Source: Candidatus Synoicihabitans palmerolidicus
GTDB taxonomy: Bacteria; Verrucomicrobiota; Verrucomicrobiia; Opitutales; Opitutaceae
Assembly: GCA_020809425.1 (NCBI GenBank)
Contig: JAGGDC010000002.1
Location: forward strand, 260,334-324,333
Reading direction: 5' to 3'
Length of the DNA stretch: 64,000 bases
The position numbers and the translations under genes were made by a program. Shown here piece after piece: positions 23,418 to 35,036 of this stretch. Position 1 is the stretch's first letter. Each line of letters starts with the position of its first letter. The notes below the pieces were generated by a model. That model had not been told where the DNA came from. It saw only the letters and a program-made list of their open reading frames with translations, and did not search any database.

Positions 23418-24353
23418 TCAGGTTCTCACCCGACCCGCCGCCAGTTCTTCCAAAAATGAAGCGTAGGTGCTCCGGACTCCATCCCTCAGCGCGATACGAG
23501 CTGACCAGCCTAAGCGGGTGAGTTTCCCTACATCCATTAACTTGCGGGGCGTCCCATCGGGCTTGCTGCTGTCCCATTTGATTTCTCCGGTGAAACCCAC
23601 GACGTCGGCCACCATTTCAGTCAGCTCCCGAATCGTCACATCCGTTCCGGTCCCGATGTTGATCAAATCCGGCGGCGATGCTTGCGCCATTAAGAAGACG
23701 CAGGCATCCGCTAGGTCGTCCACATGGAGAAACTCTCGTTGGGGAGAACCCGTGCCCCAGGCCTCGACTTGACCCAAATTAGCCTCGCGCGCCTCGTGAA
23801 ACCGTCGAATAAGCGCCGGCATCACATGGGAATTTTGACCGTGATAATTGTCCCCGGGCCCATAAAGATTCGTCGGCATGGCCGAATGATAGCACACGCC
23901 GTATTGGCGACGGTAATACTCCGCCAACTTCAATCCCGCAATTTTGGCGATCGCATAGGCCTCGTTGGTCGGCTCCAACGGTCCGGTCAACAGACTGTCC
24001 TCAGCCATTGGTTGCGGCGCCAATTTGGAGTAGATACAGGAGCTCCCCAGGAACAACAAGCGACTCACACCAGCCTGATAGGCGGCGTGAATGCAGTTCG
24101 TCGCCAAAACCAGGTTATCGTAGGCAAACTCCGCGGGATACGTATTATTCGCGTGGATACCTCCGACCTTGGCTGCCGCGATTATCGCCGCGTCCGGCTT
24201 CTCCGTCCTGAAGAACGGATTCACCGCAGCCTGATCCGTAAGGTCCAATTCCGCCCGCGTGCGAAACACCAATTCAACATTGGCCTCCCGTTCGTAGCGT
24301 CGCACCAAGGCGCCGCCTACCATGCCTCGATGGCCCGCAATAAAGAGTTTCAC
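23418..24353 (-). CDS. fcl: GDP-L-fucose synthase
   Basis: [32 protein letters not shown] and KPDGTPRK. Lies directly downstream of gmd. Confidence 0.96.
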   Translation of the reverse strand: MKLFIAGHRGMVGGALVRRYEREANVELVFRTRAELDLTDQAAVNPFFRTEKPDAAIIAAAKVGGIHANNTYPAEFAYDNLVLATNCIHAAYQAGVSRLLFLGSSCIYSKLAPQPMAEDSLLTGPLEPTNEAYAIAKIAGLKLAEYYRRQYGVCYHSAMPTNLYGPGDNYHGQNSHVMPALIRRFHEAREANLGQVEAWGTGSPQREFLHVDDLADACVFLMAQASPPDLINIGTGTDVTIRELTEMVADVVGFTGEIKWDSSKPDGTPRKLMDVGKLTRLGWSARIALRDGVRSTYASFLEELAAGRVRT

Positions 24354-24369
24354 GACAGCGAGGGGAAAG

Positions 24370-25386
24370 TTAAACCGCTGGCAGAGCCGCAATTTGAGCT
24401 TCTCGTTGGGCCAACTCCAAATCCGCTTCCGTCATGATCTTGACCAATTCCTTGAAGCGCACCTGAGGTTCCCATCCGAGTTGTTTCTTTGCCTTGGCGG
24501 GGTCGCCAATCAACAGATCCACTTCGGCCGGGCGGTCGTAACGTTTGTCGTATTCGACGTAGTGCTTCCAATCGAGGTCCAACAATCCAAACGTTTCCTG
24601 AATGAATTCCTTCACCGAGTGAGTTTCATTCGTCGCCACCACATAATCATCCGGATCATCCTGCTGGAGCATCATCCACATCATCTCGACATACTCCTTG
24701 GCGTCACCCCAGTCCCGCTTCGCATCGAGATTGCCCATGTAAAGTTTCTTCTGCAGTCTCAACTTGATACGCGTCGCCGCCCGCGTGATTTTCCGCGTCA
24801 CAAAGGTCTCCCCGCGCCGGGGTGACTCGTGATTAAACAAAATACCACTCGAGGCGTGCAGATTGTAGGACTCGCGGTAATTCACGGTCAGCCAATGCGC
24901 ATAGAGCTTGGCACAAGCATAGGGCGAACGCGGCCAGAACGGAGTTGTTTCGATTTGAGGAACCGCCTGCACCTTGCCGAACATCTCCGACGAAGAAGCT
25001 TGGTAGTAACGCACTTTTTTCCCCAAACCCGCCTCCTGAATCGCCTCCAAAATTCGTTGGGCCCCCAAGCCCACGACGTCACCGGTGTATTCCGGCACGT
25101 CGAATGAAACTCTCACGTGAGACTGCGCCCCCAGATTGTAGATCTCGTCCGGCTGCAAATTATAGAGCAATTTCACTATCTGGACCGAATCGGTCAGATC
25201 CCCGTAGTGGAGAAATAATTTCACCCCATTTACGTGCGGATCACTGTAAAGGTGCTCTATGCGGCTCGTATTAAAGGTCGAAGCTCGACGAATCACACCG
25301 TGCACTTCATAGCCTTTGGCTAGCAAAAGCTCCGCCAGATACGATCCATCTTGTCCAGTGATTCCAGTGATTAGTGCTTTCTTCAT
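24370..25386 (-). CDS. gmd: GDP-mannose 4,6-dehydratase
   Basis: [34 protein letters not shown] and [16 protein letters not shown]. Confidence 0.97.
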   Translation of the reverse strand: MKKALITGITGQDGSYLAELLLAKGYEVHGVIRRASTFNTSRIEHLYSDPHVNGVKLFLHYGDLTDSVQIVKLLYNLQPDEIYNLGAQSHVRVSFDVPEYTGDVVGLGAQRILEAIQEAGLGKKVRYYQASSSEMFGKVQAVPQIETTPFWPRSPYACAKLYAHWLTVNYRESYNLHASSGILFNHESPRRGETFVTRKITRAATRIKLRLQKKLYMGNLDAKRDWGDAKEYVEMMWMMLQQDDPDDYVVATNETHSVKEFIQETFGLLDLDWKHYVEYDKRYDRPAEVDLLIGDPAKAKKQLGWEPQVRFKELVKIMTEADLELAQREAQIAALPAV

Positions 25387-25491
25387 CAAAGAAGGAAAGC
25401 TACCGAGCATGTTGAACCGCGTGCAAGCCTGCAAAACACTGGCGCTCACCGTCACTGGCCACCTTGATCTTCGCGCATCACATTCTCTTCC

Positions 25492-26022
25492 ATGCGTCTT
25501 GTTCTCATCGCCGCCCAATCCCTCGATGGATTCATCACTCACCATAATGAACCGGGCTCGACCTGGGCTTCCCCCGCGGATCAAAAATGGTTCTTATCGA
25601 TCCTTAAGTCTTTCGATTGCAACGTCATGGGCCGGACCACTTATGAAACGGTCCGCGACGCGATCCACCTCCATCTCTCCGACGGGCGCAAACGCATCGT
25701 GATGACGCGGCAACCCGATTCTTTCGCTTCCGAGTCCGTTCCTCACGCGCTTGAATTCACCTCTGCCTCCGCCTCCGAAATCACCGCGCGCCTCAAAATT
25801 CAGAAGTTCGCCCAATGTGCCATACTCGGTGGCGTCCACGTCCACGACGCTTTCCTGCAGGCAAATTTGATCGATGAGATCTGGGTGAATATCGAACCTC
25901 GTATTTTCGGTTCCGGCACTCCCTTGGTGCGTCAATCGCATGATCTGAGTCTCAAGTTGCTGACGCAAACGCGTCTCGACGCAAGTGACTCGATCGTGCT
26001 CCACTACTCGATCGTCCGATGA
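25492..26022 (+). CDS. Dihydrofolate reductase / RibD C-terminal family protein
   Basis: [21 protein letters not shown] and [17 protein letters not shown]. Confidence 0.8.
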   Translation: MRLVLIAAQSLDGFITHHNEPGSTWASPADQKWFLSILKSFDCNVMGRTTYETVRDAIHLHLSDGRKRIVMTRQPDSFASESVPHALEFTSASASEITARLKIQKFAQCAILGGVHVHDAFLQANLIDEIWVNIEPRIFGSGTPLVRQSHDLSLKLLTQTRLDASDSIVLHYSIVR

Positions 26023-26309
26023 CAAAGGTAACCATACCGCGCTGGCCGCTCTACTTCCTCCAATGGACGCTTGGCATCACGCTTACCGGCGCCGTGCTAG
26101 GCGGGCTCATTTTTCCCGCCGTAGGTCTATTCGTGGAGACCGGCTACTCGCCCCTGCAACTGACTTTAAACGGCATTAAGATTGTGGGCTTTTTCTTCGC
26201 GATGTGGGCCCCTGGGACCGCCTTGGTTCTTACCGTCAAAAAAGTCTACGAAGCACGTCGCGCCGGTGACCTTCCCGAGGAAGAACCCGCCCACTCCTCC
26301 GACGCTTAG
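26019..26309 (+). CDS. Small two-TM hypothetical membrane protein
   Basis: ATGA overlap with the upstream gene and two hydrophobic segments. Confidence 0.6.
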   Translation: MTKVTIPRWPLYFLQWTLGITLTGAVLGGLIFPAVGLFVETGYSPLQLTLNGIKIVGFFFAMWAPGTALVLTVKKVYEARRAGDLPEEEPAHSSDA

Positions 26310-26983
26310 ATCTGAAAGTCAGGCTGCCCACTGATCTCGTGCAGGCCACATTCACGCTTTTGTCCTCCGAAACGGGTGTCCTCTTCGGACATTCCCACCG
26401 TTAACGGGGACGTGCTGTGCCAATCTCCCAGCGACACGTAGCCTTGCTCCCAAAGCGGATGGTAAGGCAATCCGTGCTCAGTCAAATAACGGTGCACCGT
26501 CCTATTATCCCAATCGATAATCGGATGAATCTTGGACACTTTGTTCTGCTTCTGCAGGACGGGTAAATGCTCTCGCGCACTGGCCTGATTTCTCCTCAGC
26601 CCGGCCAACCATGCCGATGCCCCCAGCTCGCGGACCGCTCGATCCATCGGCTCGACCGTGTTGATGAAGTTATAGTCCTTTAATCCCTCTGCCCCCTGTT
26701 GCCAGCGTTTGCCATACAAAGCCTCTTGTCGGGCTGCCGACATCTGCGGTTGATAAACATGCAGATTTAACTCCAACCGCCTCTGTAGCTCCTCCGCAAA
26801 GCGGTAAGTGTCGGGAAAGAGATAACCCGTATCGATAAACACCACCGGCATACGCGGCGCAATCTGAGTCACAAGGTGCAACATCACTGCCGATTGCACG
26901 CCAAAGCTGGTCGTGAGGATCAACTCCTCCCCAAACGTTTCTACCGCCCAACGCGTCCGCGCCATCGCATCGAGATTCTCCAA
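26306..26983 (-). CDS. cysH: Phosphoadenylyl-sulfate (PAPS) reductase
   Basis: [26 protein letters not shown] and [13 protein letters not shown]. The start codon is uncertain. Confidence 0.92.
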   Translation of the reverse strand: MENLDAMARTRWAVETFGEELILTTSFGVQSAVMLHLVTQIAPRMPVVFIDTGYLFPDTYRFAEELQRRLELNLHVYQPQMSAARQEALYGKRWQQGAEGLKDYNFINTVEPMDRAVRELGASAWLAGLRRNQASAREHLPVLQKQNKVSKIHPIIDWDNRTVHRYLTEHGLPYHPLWEQGYVSLGDWHSTSPLTVGMSEEDTRFGGQKRECGLHEISGQPDFQI

Positions 26984-27060
26984 ATAGGGCTCGACCGAAG
27001 GATGAACTGGGCGGCGACGGAACTAATGATTGCCGCACCTTATTCCATTTCGGAACAGAG

Positions 27061-27086
27061 TAAAGTCTACTTTATTAGTTTATTAC
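27061..27086. promoter_or_regulatory. Candidate Rrf2-family (CymR/IscR-like) operator upstream of cysH
   Basis: AT-rich imperfect inverted repeat AAAGTCTACT-TTATT-AGTTTATTAC (ACT-N5-AGT core) in GC-rich DNA. Confidence 0.4.
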
Positions 27087-27109
27087 CTTACATACTCTAG
27101 TTGATTGAA

Positions 27110-29848
27110 CTAGAGCGCTTTCAGTAGTCGTTCGACTTCCTTGGCCTTCGCTTTAAGGTCGGCCAGTTGCTTTTGAGCTCCCTCGATCACCGCTGGCGGG
27201 GCCTTCGCCACGAAGGCTTGATTGCTCAAACGCCCTTCCGTGCCAGCAATGTATTTGCTGAGCTGCTTAAGCTCCTTGGTTAAACGAACGCGCTCAGCCT
27301 CCGGGTCGACTTTCACGCCGGTATCAAGATACAAAGTACCGAAAGGGGATACCACGGCCGACAACGTGGGCTCTTCCATTGCGCGAGCAATCGCCTCGGC
27401 TCCCACCAACCGGGTGAGCTTGACCACGTGCGGCGCGATCGCGGCCCAACCTGCCTCATCAGCCAGCAGGTGGAAGGTCACATCGCGCTTCTGCGCCACC
27501 GCCTGATCCGCCTTCAGCTGACGGGCCTGAGTGGTGAACTGCTTGAGTTGATCAACTCGCTTCGACGCATCGACATCCACCTCCACGCCACGAGCTGCCA
27601 ACGCGCCGGTTAATATTTCCGCCGTTTCCAAATGGTTGTCCTGCACGAAACGGCCTTCCGAGCCATAGCCAAGTTGACTCCAAAGCTCCTCCGCAATGAA
27701 CGGTGCAAACGGCTCGAACAGCAGCAGGAATTGCCGAATCACCAGATCCTGCACCGCCAGCGCATGCGATTTGGCCACGGGGTCCTGTACCCGCGTCTTG
27801 GCCACCTCGACATACCAGTCACAGAAATCGGCCCAGAAAAATGAATACAATTTCTGGGTCGCGGCCGCGAATTCGAATTCCGCCAAACTCTTCTCCAAGG
27901 TGCGTTTGGTATCCAGCAACGCGGCCAAAATGGCGTGGTCGTCCTCGTCCATCTGCTCGGGATCGATTCGCGCCAACACCGCATTGAGCGAACTATTGTC
28001 ACTCATCTCGCCATTCATCGTGCGGAAGCGGCAGACGTTCCACAGCTTGTTGCAGAAATTCTTGCCCCCCTCGATGCGAGACTCGTCAAACTTCAAGTCC
28101 TGCCCCAACGGCGCGATCTGTAACAATCCGAAACGGGTGCCGTCCGCTCCATACTTTTTGATCAGATCGAGCGGGTCCGGCGAGTTGCCGAGCGTCTTGG
28201 ACATCTTGCGACTCTGCTTGTCCCGCACGATGCCATTAAAGTAAACGTGCTTGAAAGGAATACGCTCCTCCACCGGAGCCCCGGGTCGCGCAAACTCAAG
28301 TCCCGCCATAATCATGCGCGCAACCCAGAAAAAGATGATATCCCCGCCGGTCGCCAACGTGGTGGTCGGATAAAACGCATCAAAATTCGATTTCGCCTTC
28401 GCGTCTTCGTCCGGCCATCCGAGCGTGCCCATCGGCCACAACCAAGACGACGCCCAAGTATCGAGCACATCCTCTTCCTGGTCCCAATTTTCGGGATCAG
28501 TCGGCCCTTCCAGCGACACGTGAATCTTTGCCGGATTCTTCAAATCGGCCTCGGTGAGTTTCTCCCGGTCAACCCCCTTCGCATACCAAACCGGAATCCA
28601 ATGGCCCCACCAGAGCTGGCGGCTGATGCACCAATCCTGAATGTTCTCCAACCAGTTCAGATAAACCTTGGTCCAGCGCTGGGGGTGCATCTGCACCAAA
28701 CCGTCCCTGACCACTTGTTTGGCTTCCTCCACTCGTGGGTAACGCAACCACCATTGCTGCATCAACCGAGGCTCAATCGGCACACCGGCCCGCTGGGAAT
28801 ACCCCACGTTATTCTCGTATACCTTGGCTTCGATGAGGTTACCGCGTTCTTCCAACAAGACCGCCGCCCGCTTGCGTCCCGCAAAACGTTCCATACCCGC
28901 CAACTCGGGGCCCGCCGCATCGTTGAGCGTGCCATCGGGCTCCAGACAATCGATGATCGCCAAACCATGGCGCTGCCCGATCTTGAAATCGACCTTATCG
29001 TGCGCCGGAGTCACTTTCAGGGCCCCTCCTCCAAATTCCATTTCGACCGCTTCGTCCGCAATGATCGGCAAAGCCACGCGTTCGCCCAACGGTCGCCACA
29101 CTTGCTTGCCTACCAGTTTCTTGAAACGCTCGTCATCGGGATGCACCGCCACGGCCACGTCCGCTGCAATCGTTTCGGGTCGCGTCGTTTCCAGCACCAG
29201 ATGAGTCGTCTCCCCCTCCGGCTCGACCAATTCGTAGCGGATTCGCCATATGTGACCCTTGGTCGGACGCATTTCGACTTCTTCATCCGATAAGGCGGTC
29301 AGCGACGCCGGACACCAGTTCACCATGCGTTTACCGCGATAGATGTGGCCGCCATCAAACAGCTTCACAAACGAGGTCAGCACCGACTTGCTGTAGGCCG
29401 GATCCATGGTGAAATTCGTCCGTCCCCAATCGCAGGAGCACCCCAATTCCCGCAGCTGCTGGAGGATCTTGTCTCCCTTCTCGTGGCGCCACTCCCAGAC
29501 GCGCTCAAGGAACGCCTCCCGGCCCAGATCGTAGCGGCTCTTGCCCTCAGTTTTCTTGAGGTGTTTCTCCACCATGGTTTGCGTGGCAATGCCAGCGTGA
29601 TCCGTTCCCGGAATCCAACATGCGGCTTTGCCTTCCAACCGGGCGCGACGGATGAGCACGTCCTGCAGGGTGTTGTTGAGCACATGGCCCATGTGCAAAA
29701 TCCCCGTCACGTTGGGCGGGGGGATGACAATGGAGTAGGTTTCCTGCCCTTCGGCGGGTTTTCCTGCAAAGCACTCGGCCTGCTGCCAGGCAGCATACCA
29801 TTTGGCTTCAACATCTTGGGCTTCGTAGCTCTTGGTGATCTCGAGCAT
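27110..29848 (-). CDS. valS: Valine--tRNA ligase
   Basis: PPPNVTGILHMGH, DHAGIATQ, WCISRQLWWGH, KMSK and a C-terminal coiled coil; intact 912 aa. Confidence 0.98.
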   Translation of the reverse strand: MLEITKSYEAQDVEAKWYAAWQQAECFAGKPAEGQETYSIVIPPPNVTGILHMGHVLNNTLQDVLIRRARLEGKAACWIPGTDHAGIATQTMVEKHLKKTEGKSRYDLGREAFLERVWEWRHEKGDKILQQLRELGCSCDWGRTNFTMDPAYSKSVLTSFVKLFDGGHIYRGKRMVNWCPASLTALSDEEVEMRPTKGHIWRIRYELVEPEGETTHLVLETTRPETIAADVAVAVHPDDERFKKLVGKQVWRPLGERVALPIIADEAVEMEFGGGALKVTPAHDKVDFKIGQRHGLAIIDCLEPDGTLNDAAGPELAGMERFAGRKRAAVLLEERGNLIEAKVYENNVGYSQRAGVPIEPRLMQQWWLRYPRVEEAKQVVRDGLVQMHPQRWTKVYLNWLENIQDWCISRQLWWGHWIPVWYAKGVDREKLTEADLKNPAKIHVSLEGPTDPENWDQEEDVLDTWASSWLWPMGTLGWPDEDAKAKSNFDAFYPTTTLATGGDIIFFWVARMIMAGLEFARPGAPVEERIPFKHVYFNGIVRDKQSRKMSKTLGNSPDPLDLIKKYGADGTRFGLLQIAPLGQDLKFDESRIEGGKNFCNKLWNVCRFRTMNGEMSDNSSLNAVLARIDPEQMDEDDHAILAALLDTKRTLEKSLAEFEFAAATQKLYSFFWADFCDWYVEVAKTRVQDPVAKSHALAVQDLVIRQFLLLFEPFAPFIAEELWSQLGYGSEGRFVQDNHLETAEILTGALAARGVEVDVDASKRVDQLKQFTTQARQLKADQAVAQKRDVTFHLLADEAGWAAIAPHVVKLTRLVGAEAIARAMEEPTLSAVVSPFGTLYLDTGVKVDPEAERVRLTKELKQLSKYIAGTEGRLSNQAFVAKAPPAVIEGAQKQLADLKAKAKEVERLLKAL

Positions 29849-30076
29849 GACGGATTAAACGGAACCTGACAACAAACCGTCCACCACTCCCTCTTGCAAG
29901 CGCCAAGACATTTGTGTCCGATTTCCACCGACACCGCTTGATTGCTTCCCCATCCCGTTGGACGCCGCTCTGCCTCGTCTCCGCGGCTCTCCACGCGAGC
30001 CCAAGATCGGGGGGGGAGAAAATTTCACGCTTTGCTCCTCCCTCCCTTTGCTTCCTGCTTGGCTCGCTCACTCTTC

Positions 30077-32890
30077 ATGTCTGGACGGATTCAACAACAC
30101 GCCCTCGAACGCCTCAATTTCACCAGCGACACGTCCGTCGCTGATCGCACCCTCGCGTGTAAAAACTTCCTCCGGCTAGAAACAGGCATGATAAAAATGC
30201 GCCACGACGCAGGCGCCACCGGCACAGCAAGCGCGGCCAACTTGGCCACCGCCGTGGATACGATGCTCCAGCAACTGTTCTCCTGCGCACTGGTGACTTG
30301 GGAAAACGCCCATGGAAAACTCCCCGCCCCCGTTTCCCTCGTGGCCTTGGGAGGCTACGGTCGCGCCGAACTGAGCCCGCTTAGCGATATCGACCTGATG
30401 TTCCTCTTCCCCTCCAAGGTGCGGTCTTCGCTGATCACCCCTTTGCAGGAGCACCTCACTCAAGAAATCCTCTACCCGCTTTGGGATTGTGGCCTCAAGG
30501 TCGGTCACTCCACCCGCACCGTCGATGAAGTCTTTTCCGAGGCTCGCACCGAGATCCAATCCAAAACCGCCCTGCTCGAATCCCGCTGCGTCGCCGGTTC
30601 CCAAGCTCTCTACGATAATTTCGCCCAGGCGTACCGCCGCTACTACACGCAGGAAAATCCCACCGCCTACATCACCGCCCGCCTGGAAGATCAGGCCACC
30701 CGTCGCGAAAAATACGGCAACTCCGTCTTCCTCCAAGAACCCGACATCAAAAACAGCGTCGGTGGGCTGCGCGACTACCAGAACACGATCTGGATGGCCC
30801 GCGTAAAACTCGATATCGACGACATCGCTCAAACCGTCAGTCAAAACTACCTCCGCCCCAACGAGCTCAAGGCTTTCCAACGCGCTTACCAGTTCCTCCT
30901 CCGTGTTCGCGCCGAGCTTCACTTCCAAAGTCGCCGTCCCACAGACGTGCTCGACCTCGAAGCCCAGCCACGCATCGCTCTCGGCCTGGGTTACACCACC
31001 CCCGAATTGCTCCGCCGCGTGGAGCTCTTCATGCGCGACTACTATCGCGCCGCTCAAACGATCCACCGCACATCCAAACTCGTCGAAAATCGGCTCGCCC
31101 TCACGCTCGACGCCCGCCCCGACACCAAAAGCTCCTTCCGGGAAGTCATCCGATCGCGACGCTACGAGAAAGTGCGCCGCTTCGACGGATTTCTCCTCCG
31201 GGGATCCGAATTTTCCGCGAGCAACAAGCAAATCTTCCGCGAAGACCCCGCCCGCTTGATCCGCGTTTTTCGTCACGCTCAACGCCTCAACGCGGCCATC
31301 AATTTTGACCTGCAATCGCTGATCCGCGAATCCGGCCCACTCATCACGGCCGCCGTCCTCGAGTCCGAAGACAGCAATATCAGTTTCAAAGCCATCTTGC
31401 AGGAACCGGGGTCCGTCTACCCGTCGCTTAGTTTAATGCACGAACTGGGCATTCTTGGCCGTTTCATTCCCGCGTTCGACGGACTCACCTGCCTGGTGCA
31501 GCACGAATATTATCACCGCTACACCGCTGATATTCACACCTTGAATACGATCCGGGAACTCGACGCCATCCTCTCACACGACGATCCCACTTCCCAAAAA
31601 TACCGCACCGCCCTCCACGAGACGCCCGAACCCGCCCTGCTGTATCTCATTCTCCTATTACACGATATTGGCAAGGCCAAGGGCATCCGCGGTCACGCCG
31701 CCTTCGGTGTCGACATCGCCAAACCCCTTCTTGCCCGCCTCAAGATCGATGAATCAAAACGGGAACTTGTGACGTTTATTATCAAACATCACCTCATTAT
31801 GGCACGGTTTTGGCAGAAGCGGGATGTGGATGATCCTGCCACCGCCGAAGCATTTTCTTTTCAGGTTTCGGAGCCCGAACTGCTCCGCTTTCTCTACGTG
31901 CACACATACTGTGACGCGCGCGGCACCGCCGCCGGGTTATGGAACAGCTACAAGGACACCCTCCACACTCAACTTTACCGCAGCACGCTGGAAGCCCTCG
32001 TGCACGGCGACGACTTGGCCGCTCGTCATCTCAAGCGAATCGCCATGATCCAACAGGAACTTCTTGCCAAGCAGCTGCCCGATGTGTGCCCCGATGAAAT
32101 CAACGCACACTTCAGCCTGCTGCCCGACCGCTATTTTCTCAATACCGACCAATCCGAGATCATCCTGCACCTGGGGATGGTCAATCAGCTGCTGCGCACC
32201 ATCGCCGCCACCGATTCCAGTGGCTCCCTGCGTCCGGTTGTCGAATGGCGCGACGACCTCAATCGCTCCCTCACCGTGGTGCATGTCGTCACTTGGGACC
32301 ACGCTGGCCTCTTCTACAAACTCGCCGGTGCCTTCAGCGTCGCCGGCCTCTCCATTCTCACATCCAAGGTCGTTTCGCGCGGCGACCATATCGCCATCGA
32401 TACCTTCTACGTCACCGAACCCGGCGGCGGCGTGGTGGAGAATCCGAAAATCCAAAAACTCTTCAACGAGGCCTTGGAGAAGGCCTTGATGCAAAACCGC
32501 GACCTCCTCCCCGAAATCCGGGCCCACGCCGAACGCGAAGCATCCGCCAACCGCTATTCTCACGATACCGGCCGCGCCGAGATCGTGCAGGCTACTTTCC
32601 CGCCTCGCGTCGATATCTACCACGAGCTCTCCATGGAACGCACCATCGTGGAAGTTCAGGCTCCCGACCACATCGGCCTCCTATTCCGAGTCGCCCGCAC
32701 CATCAGCGAGCACCATTTCGATATCACCTTCGCCCGTATCGGCACCGAACGGCACATCGCCATCGATTCTTTTTACATTGTGGACGTCAGCGAAGAGCCC
32801 GTCAGCAACCCTAATCGATTGCATGAATTGCAAGACGCTCTCCTCGCGATCGTCACCCCGAAATCCACCCCCGAGAAGACGGCCATCTAA
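30077..32890 (+). CDS. glnD: [Protein-PII] uridylyltransferase
   Basis: ALGGYGRAELSPLSDIDL, EPDIKNSVGGLRD, HD domain (YHRYTAD.H, LHDIGK) and two ACT domains. Confidence 0.96.
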   Translation: MSGRIQQHALERLNFTSDTSVADRTLACKNFLRLETGMIKMRHDAGATGTASAANLATAVDTMLQQLFSCALVTWENAHGKLPAPVSLVALGGYGRAELSPLSDIDLMFLFPSKVRSSLITPLQEHLTQEILYPLWDCGLKVGHSTRTVDEVFSEARTEIQSKTALLESRCVAGSQALYDNFAQAYRRYYTQENPTAYITARLEDQATRREKYGNSVFLQEPDIKNSVGGLRDYQNTIWMARVKLDIDDIAQTVSQNYLRPNELKAFQRAYQFLLRVRAELHFQSRRPTDVLDLEAQPRIALGLGYTTPELLRRVELFMRDYYRAAQTIHRTSKLVENRLALTLDARPDTKSSFREVIRSRRYEKVRRFDGFLLRGSEFSASNKQIFREDPARLIRVFRHAQRLNAAINFDLQSLIRESGPLITAAVLESEDSNISFKAILQEPGSVYPSLSLMHELGILGRFIPAFDGLTCLVQHEYYHRYTADIHTLNTIRELDAILSHDDPTSQKYRTALHETPEPALLYLILLLHDIGKAKGIRGHAAFGVDIAKPLLARLKIDESKRELVTFIIKHHLIMARFWQKRDVDDPATAEAFSFQVSEPELLRFLYVHTYCDARGTAAGLWNSYKDTLHTQLYRSTLEALVHGDDLAARHLKRIAMIQQELLAKQLPDVCPDEINAHFSLLPDRYFLNTDQSEIILHLGMVNQLLRTIAATDSSGSLRPVVEWRDDLNRSLTVVHVVTWDHAGLFYKLAGAFSVAGLSILTSKVVSRGDHIAIDTFYVTEPGGGVVENPKIQKLFNEALEKALMQNRDLLPEIRAHAEREASANRYSHDTGRAEIVQATFPPRVDIYHELSMERTIVEVQAPDHIGLLFRVARTISEHHFDITFARIGTERHIAIDSFYIVDVSEEPVSNPNRLHELQDALLAIVTPKSTPEKTAI

Positions 32891-32981
32891 ACGCTCCCTG
32901 CCGCAACTCCGGGTCCGACCGCCACAGATCTCCTCAACTTAGTCTGGCACCCCGCGCCTCCGCCTCGTCAAACTCTCGCCT

Positions 32982-34670
32982 GTCGAGCTTCCTGACGACC
33001 CTCGCACTCTTCCCGCCCTTTACCGCATCAGCACCCTCTCGAGACGACGCGACGAACCTCGCGTCGTGTTCCAAGCCATCCTCAAAATCGTCATCGAGGC
33101 CCTCAACGCCGCCTCCGGCGATATCTCCCTGCTCAACCCCGAGACCGGCAAACTGGAGATCGAAATCGCCAACGAGGGCAACGGCACCTCTCACGAGGAT
33201 CTGTCCCTCCGTCTTGGCCAGGGAATTACCGGCTGGGTCGCCTTCCACGGTCGCCCTCAATTGGTGGCCGATGTAAGCAAAGACCCGCGTTACGTGCGGG
33301 TTCGCCACCATGTGCGCACCGAAATGGTCACGCCCATGATCGGCTCCAATGGCCATGTCATGGGCGTCATCAACATCGACGGGGATCACGTTGACTCCTT
33401 CAACGATACCGATCTGGAACTCCAACTCGCCCTCACCACCGCAGCCACCAGCGTCATGGAACGCCACTGGGAGCTGAAAAACCTGCATGGCAAGGAACGC
33501 CAACTGCAGACCCTGATCTCCATCGACCAGACTCTCGTCACCAAACTCGAGCCTCAGGAACTGTTCGAAAGCATCACCAACGATGCCCGCAACATCACGG
33601 CGTCTCAAGCCTGTGCACTCTACCTGCACGAACCAGAGACCACCTCCGCTCGCCTCGTCGCCTACGCCGGCCCCGATCTGGATCACCGTCCCTCGAATTC
33701 CCTGCCTCTCGATTCCTGTCTGGTCGCATCCGCCATCCATACCCGTCGCGCCGTCTAGTTCAGCAACGTCCAGTCCCCCGAATTCGTGGATGTCATCGAC
33801 TTGCCTCGCGAATCCACGCTGCGGTCGATATTGGCCACCCCCCTGCAGATCGAAGACGAAATCATCGGCGTGCTCGGCGTCTTCACCTCCAGCGTCCATC
33901 GCTTCAACAATGACGAAAAACGTCTTGCGCGCGCCCTCGCCAGTCTCGGAGCCGTCGCCTTGCAAAACTCTCGTCTCTACGCCCGCGTCTTCCAAAGCGA
34001 GACCACCCTGCGCAAAAACGAACAGCTCACCACCCTGGGTCTGCTCGCCGCCGAAATCGCCCACGAGATTCGTAACCCTCTCACCGTACTGAAACTGCTC
34101 TTCAGCACCCTGCGGCTCGACTACCCGGAATACGATTCGCGCCGCGCCGACGTGCGGGTCATCACTGAGAAACTTGATCAACTCGAGGCCATCGTCTCCC
34201 GCGTGCTCAATTTCGCCAAAGCTCCTTCCAGCCTGCACTCGCGCTGGAACGTCACCGAAATCATCGAGGACACCCTCGTCCTCATTCGTCTCAAGCTTAC
34301 GCAAGGCAAAATCCAACTTCGCTTCACCCCTCCCGATGAGTCCCTCGTGATCGATATGCACAAGGGCCAGCTCCAACAGGTTCTGCTCAACCTGCTCATC
34401 AATGCCACCCAGGCCATGCCCGACGGCGGGCTCATCTCCGTCATCCTCGTCACTGAATCCCGTCCCGAAGGCGGCCGCCAACTTCGTATCGATGTCACTG
34501 GTACTGGTCCGGGTATCCCTCCGGCCATACGCGATCATATTTTCGATTCCTTCCTCTCCGGCCGCCCCGACGACACCGGCCTCGCCATCGCTAAACGAAT
34601 CCTCGCCAGCCATCACGGCGACACCGGCCCCAACGGCACCACCATTAGCGTCACTCTCCCTCTCGCCTGA
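32982..34670 (+). pseudogene. GAF-GAF sensor histidine kinase, disrupted
   Basis: Two GAF-like segments, EIAHEIRNPL and QVLLNLLINA. In-frame TAG at 33756-33758 and an apparently shortened G2 box (DTGLAIA). Start uncertain. Confidence 0.85.
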
Positions 34671-34726
34671 CCTTCGTCACCTCGACTTCGCCGTTTCAGA
34701 CTTTCCATCATTCCGTTCCCTTAAAA

Positions 34727-34927
34727 ATGTCCCATCCCTCGTCCGGTGACCCTCAGCGCCAACTCTTTCTACTCAAAGTTTCCGTCGGGTTTCTCGTCCT
34801 ATTCGCCTTGGTGATCCTGGCCATTCCCGGCGTGATCCCCAAACCCCTGCGCATCTTGATCGCCGCCGCCGATCTCATCGCGGCCGCCACCATCTGGTTA
34901 CTGGGGCGCCAAAAGCTAAATAGGTAG
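34727..34927 (+). CDS. Small two-TM hypothetical protein
   Basis: 66-aa ORF with two hydrophobic helices. Confidence 0.55.
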   Translation: MSHPSSGDPQRQLFLLKVSVGFLVLFALVILAIPGVIPKPLRILIAAADLIAAATIWLLGRQKLNR

Positions 34928-34971
34928 CTCAATTGACCGCTTGGTTACGCTCGGGTAAACACTGGGTGACC
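34928..34971 (-). promoter_or_regulatory. Pho-box-like array of four 11-bp direct repeats upstream of the TBDR-phoD-glpQ operon
   Basis: Minus-strand units GGTCACCCAGT / GTTTACCCGAG / CGTAACCAAGC / GGTCAATTGAG in exact 11-bp phase. Confidence 0.5.
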
Positions 34972-35036
34972 CCCGCTCTGGTGTATTGACCGGGCCCTCA
35001 CTTCCTCCGCTTGGTTCGGCCACACTTATCCGAACC

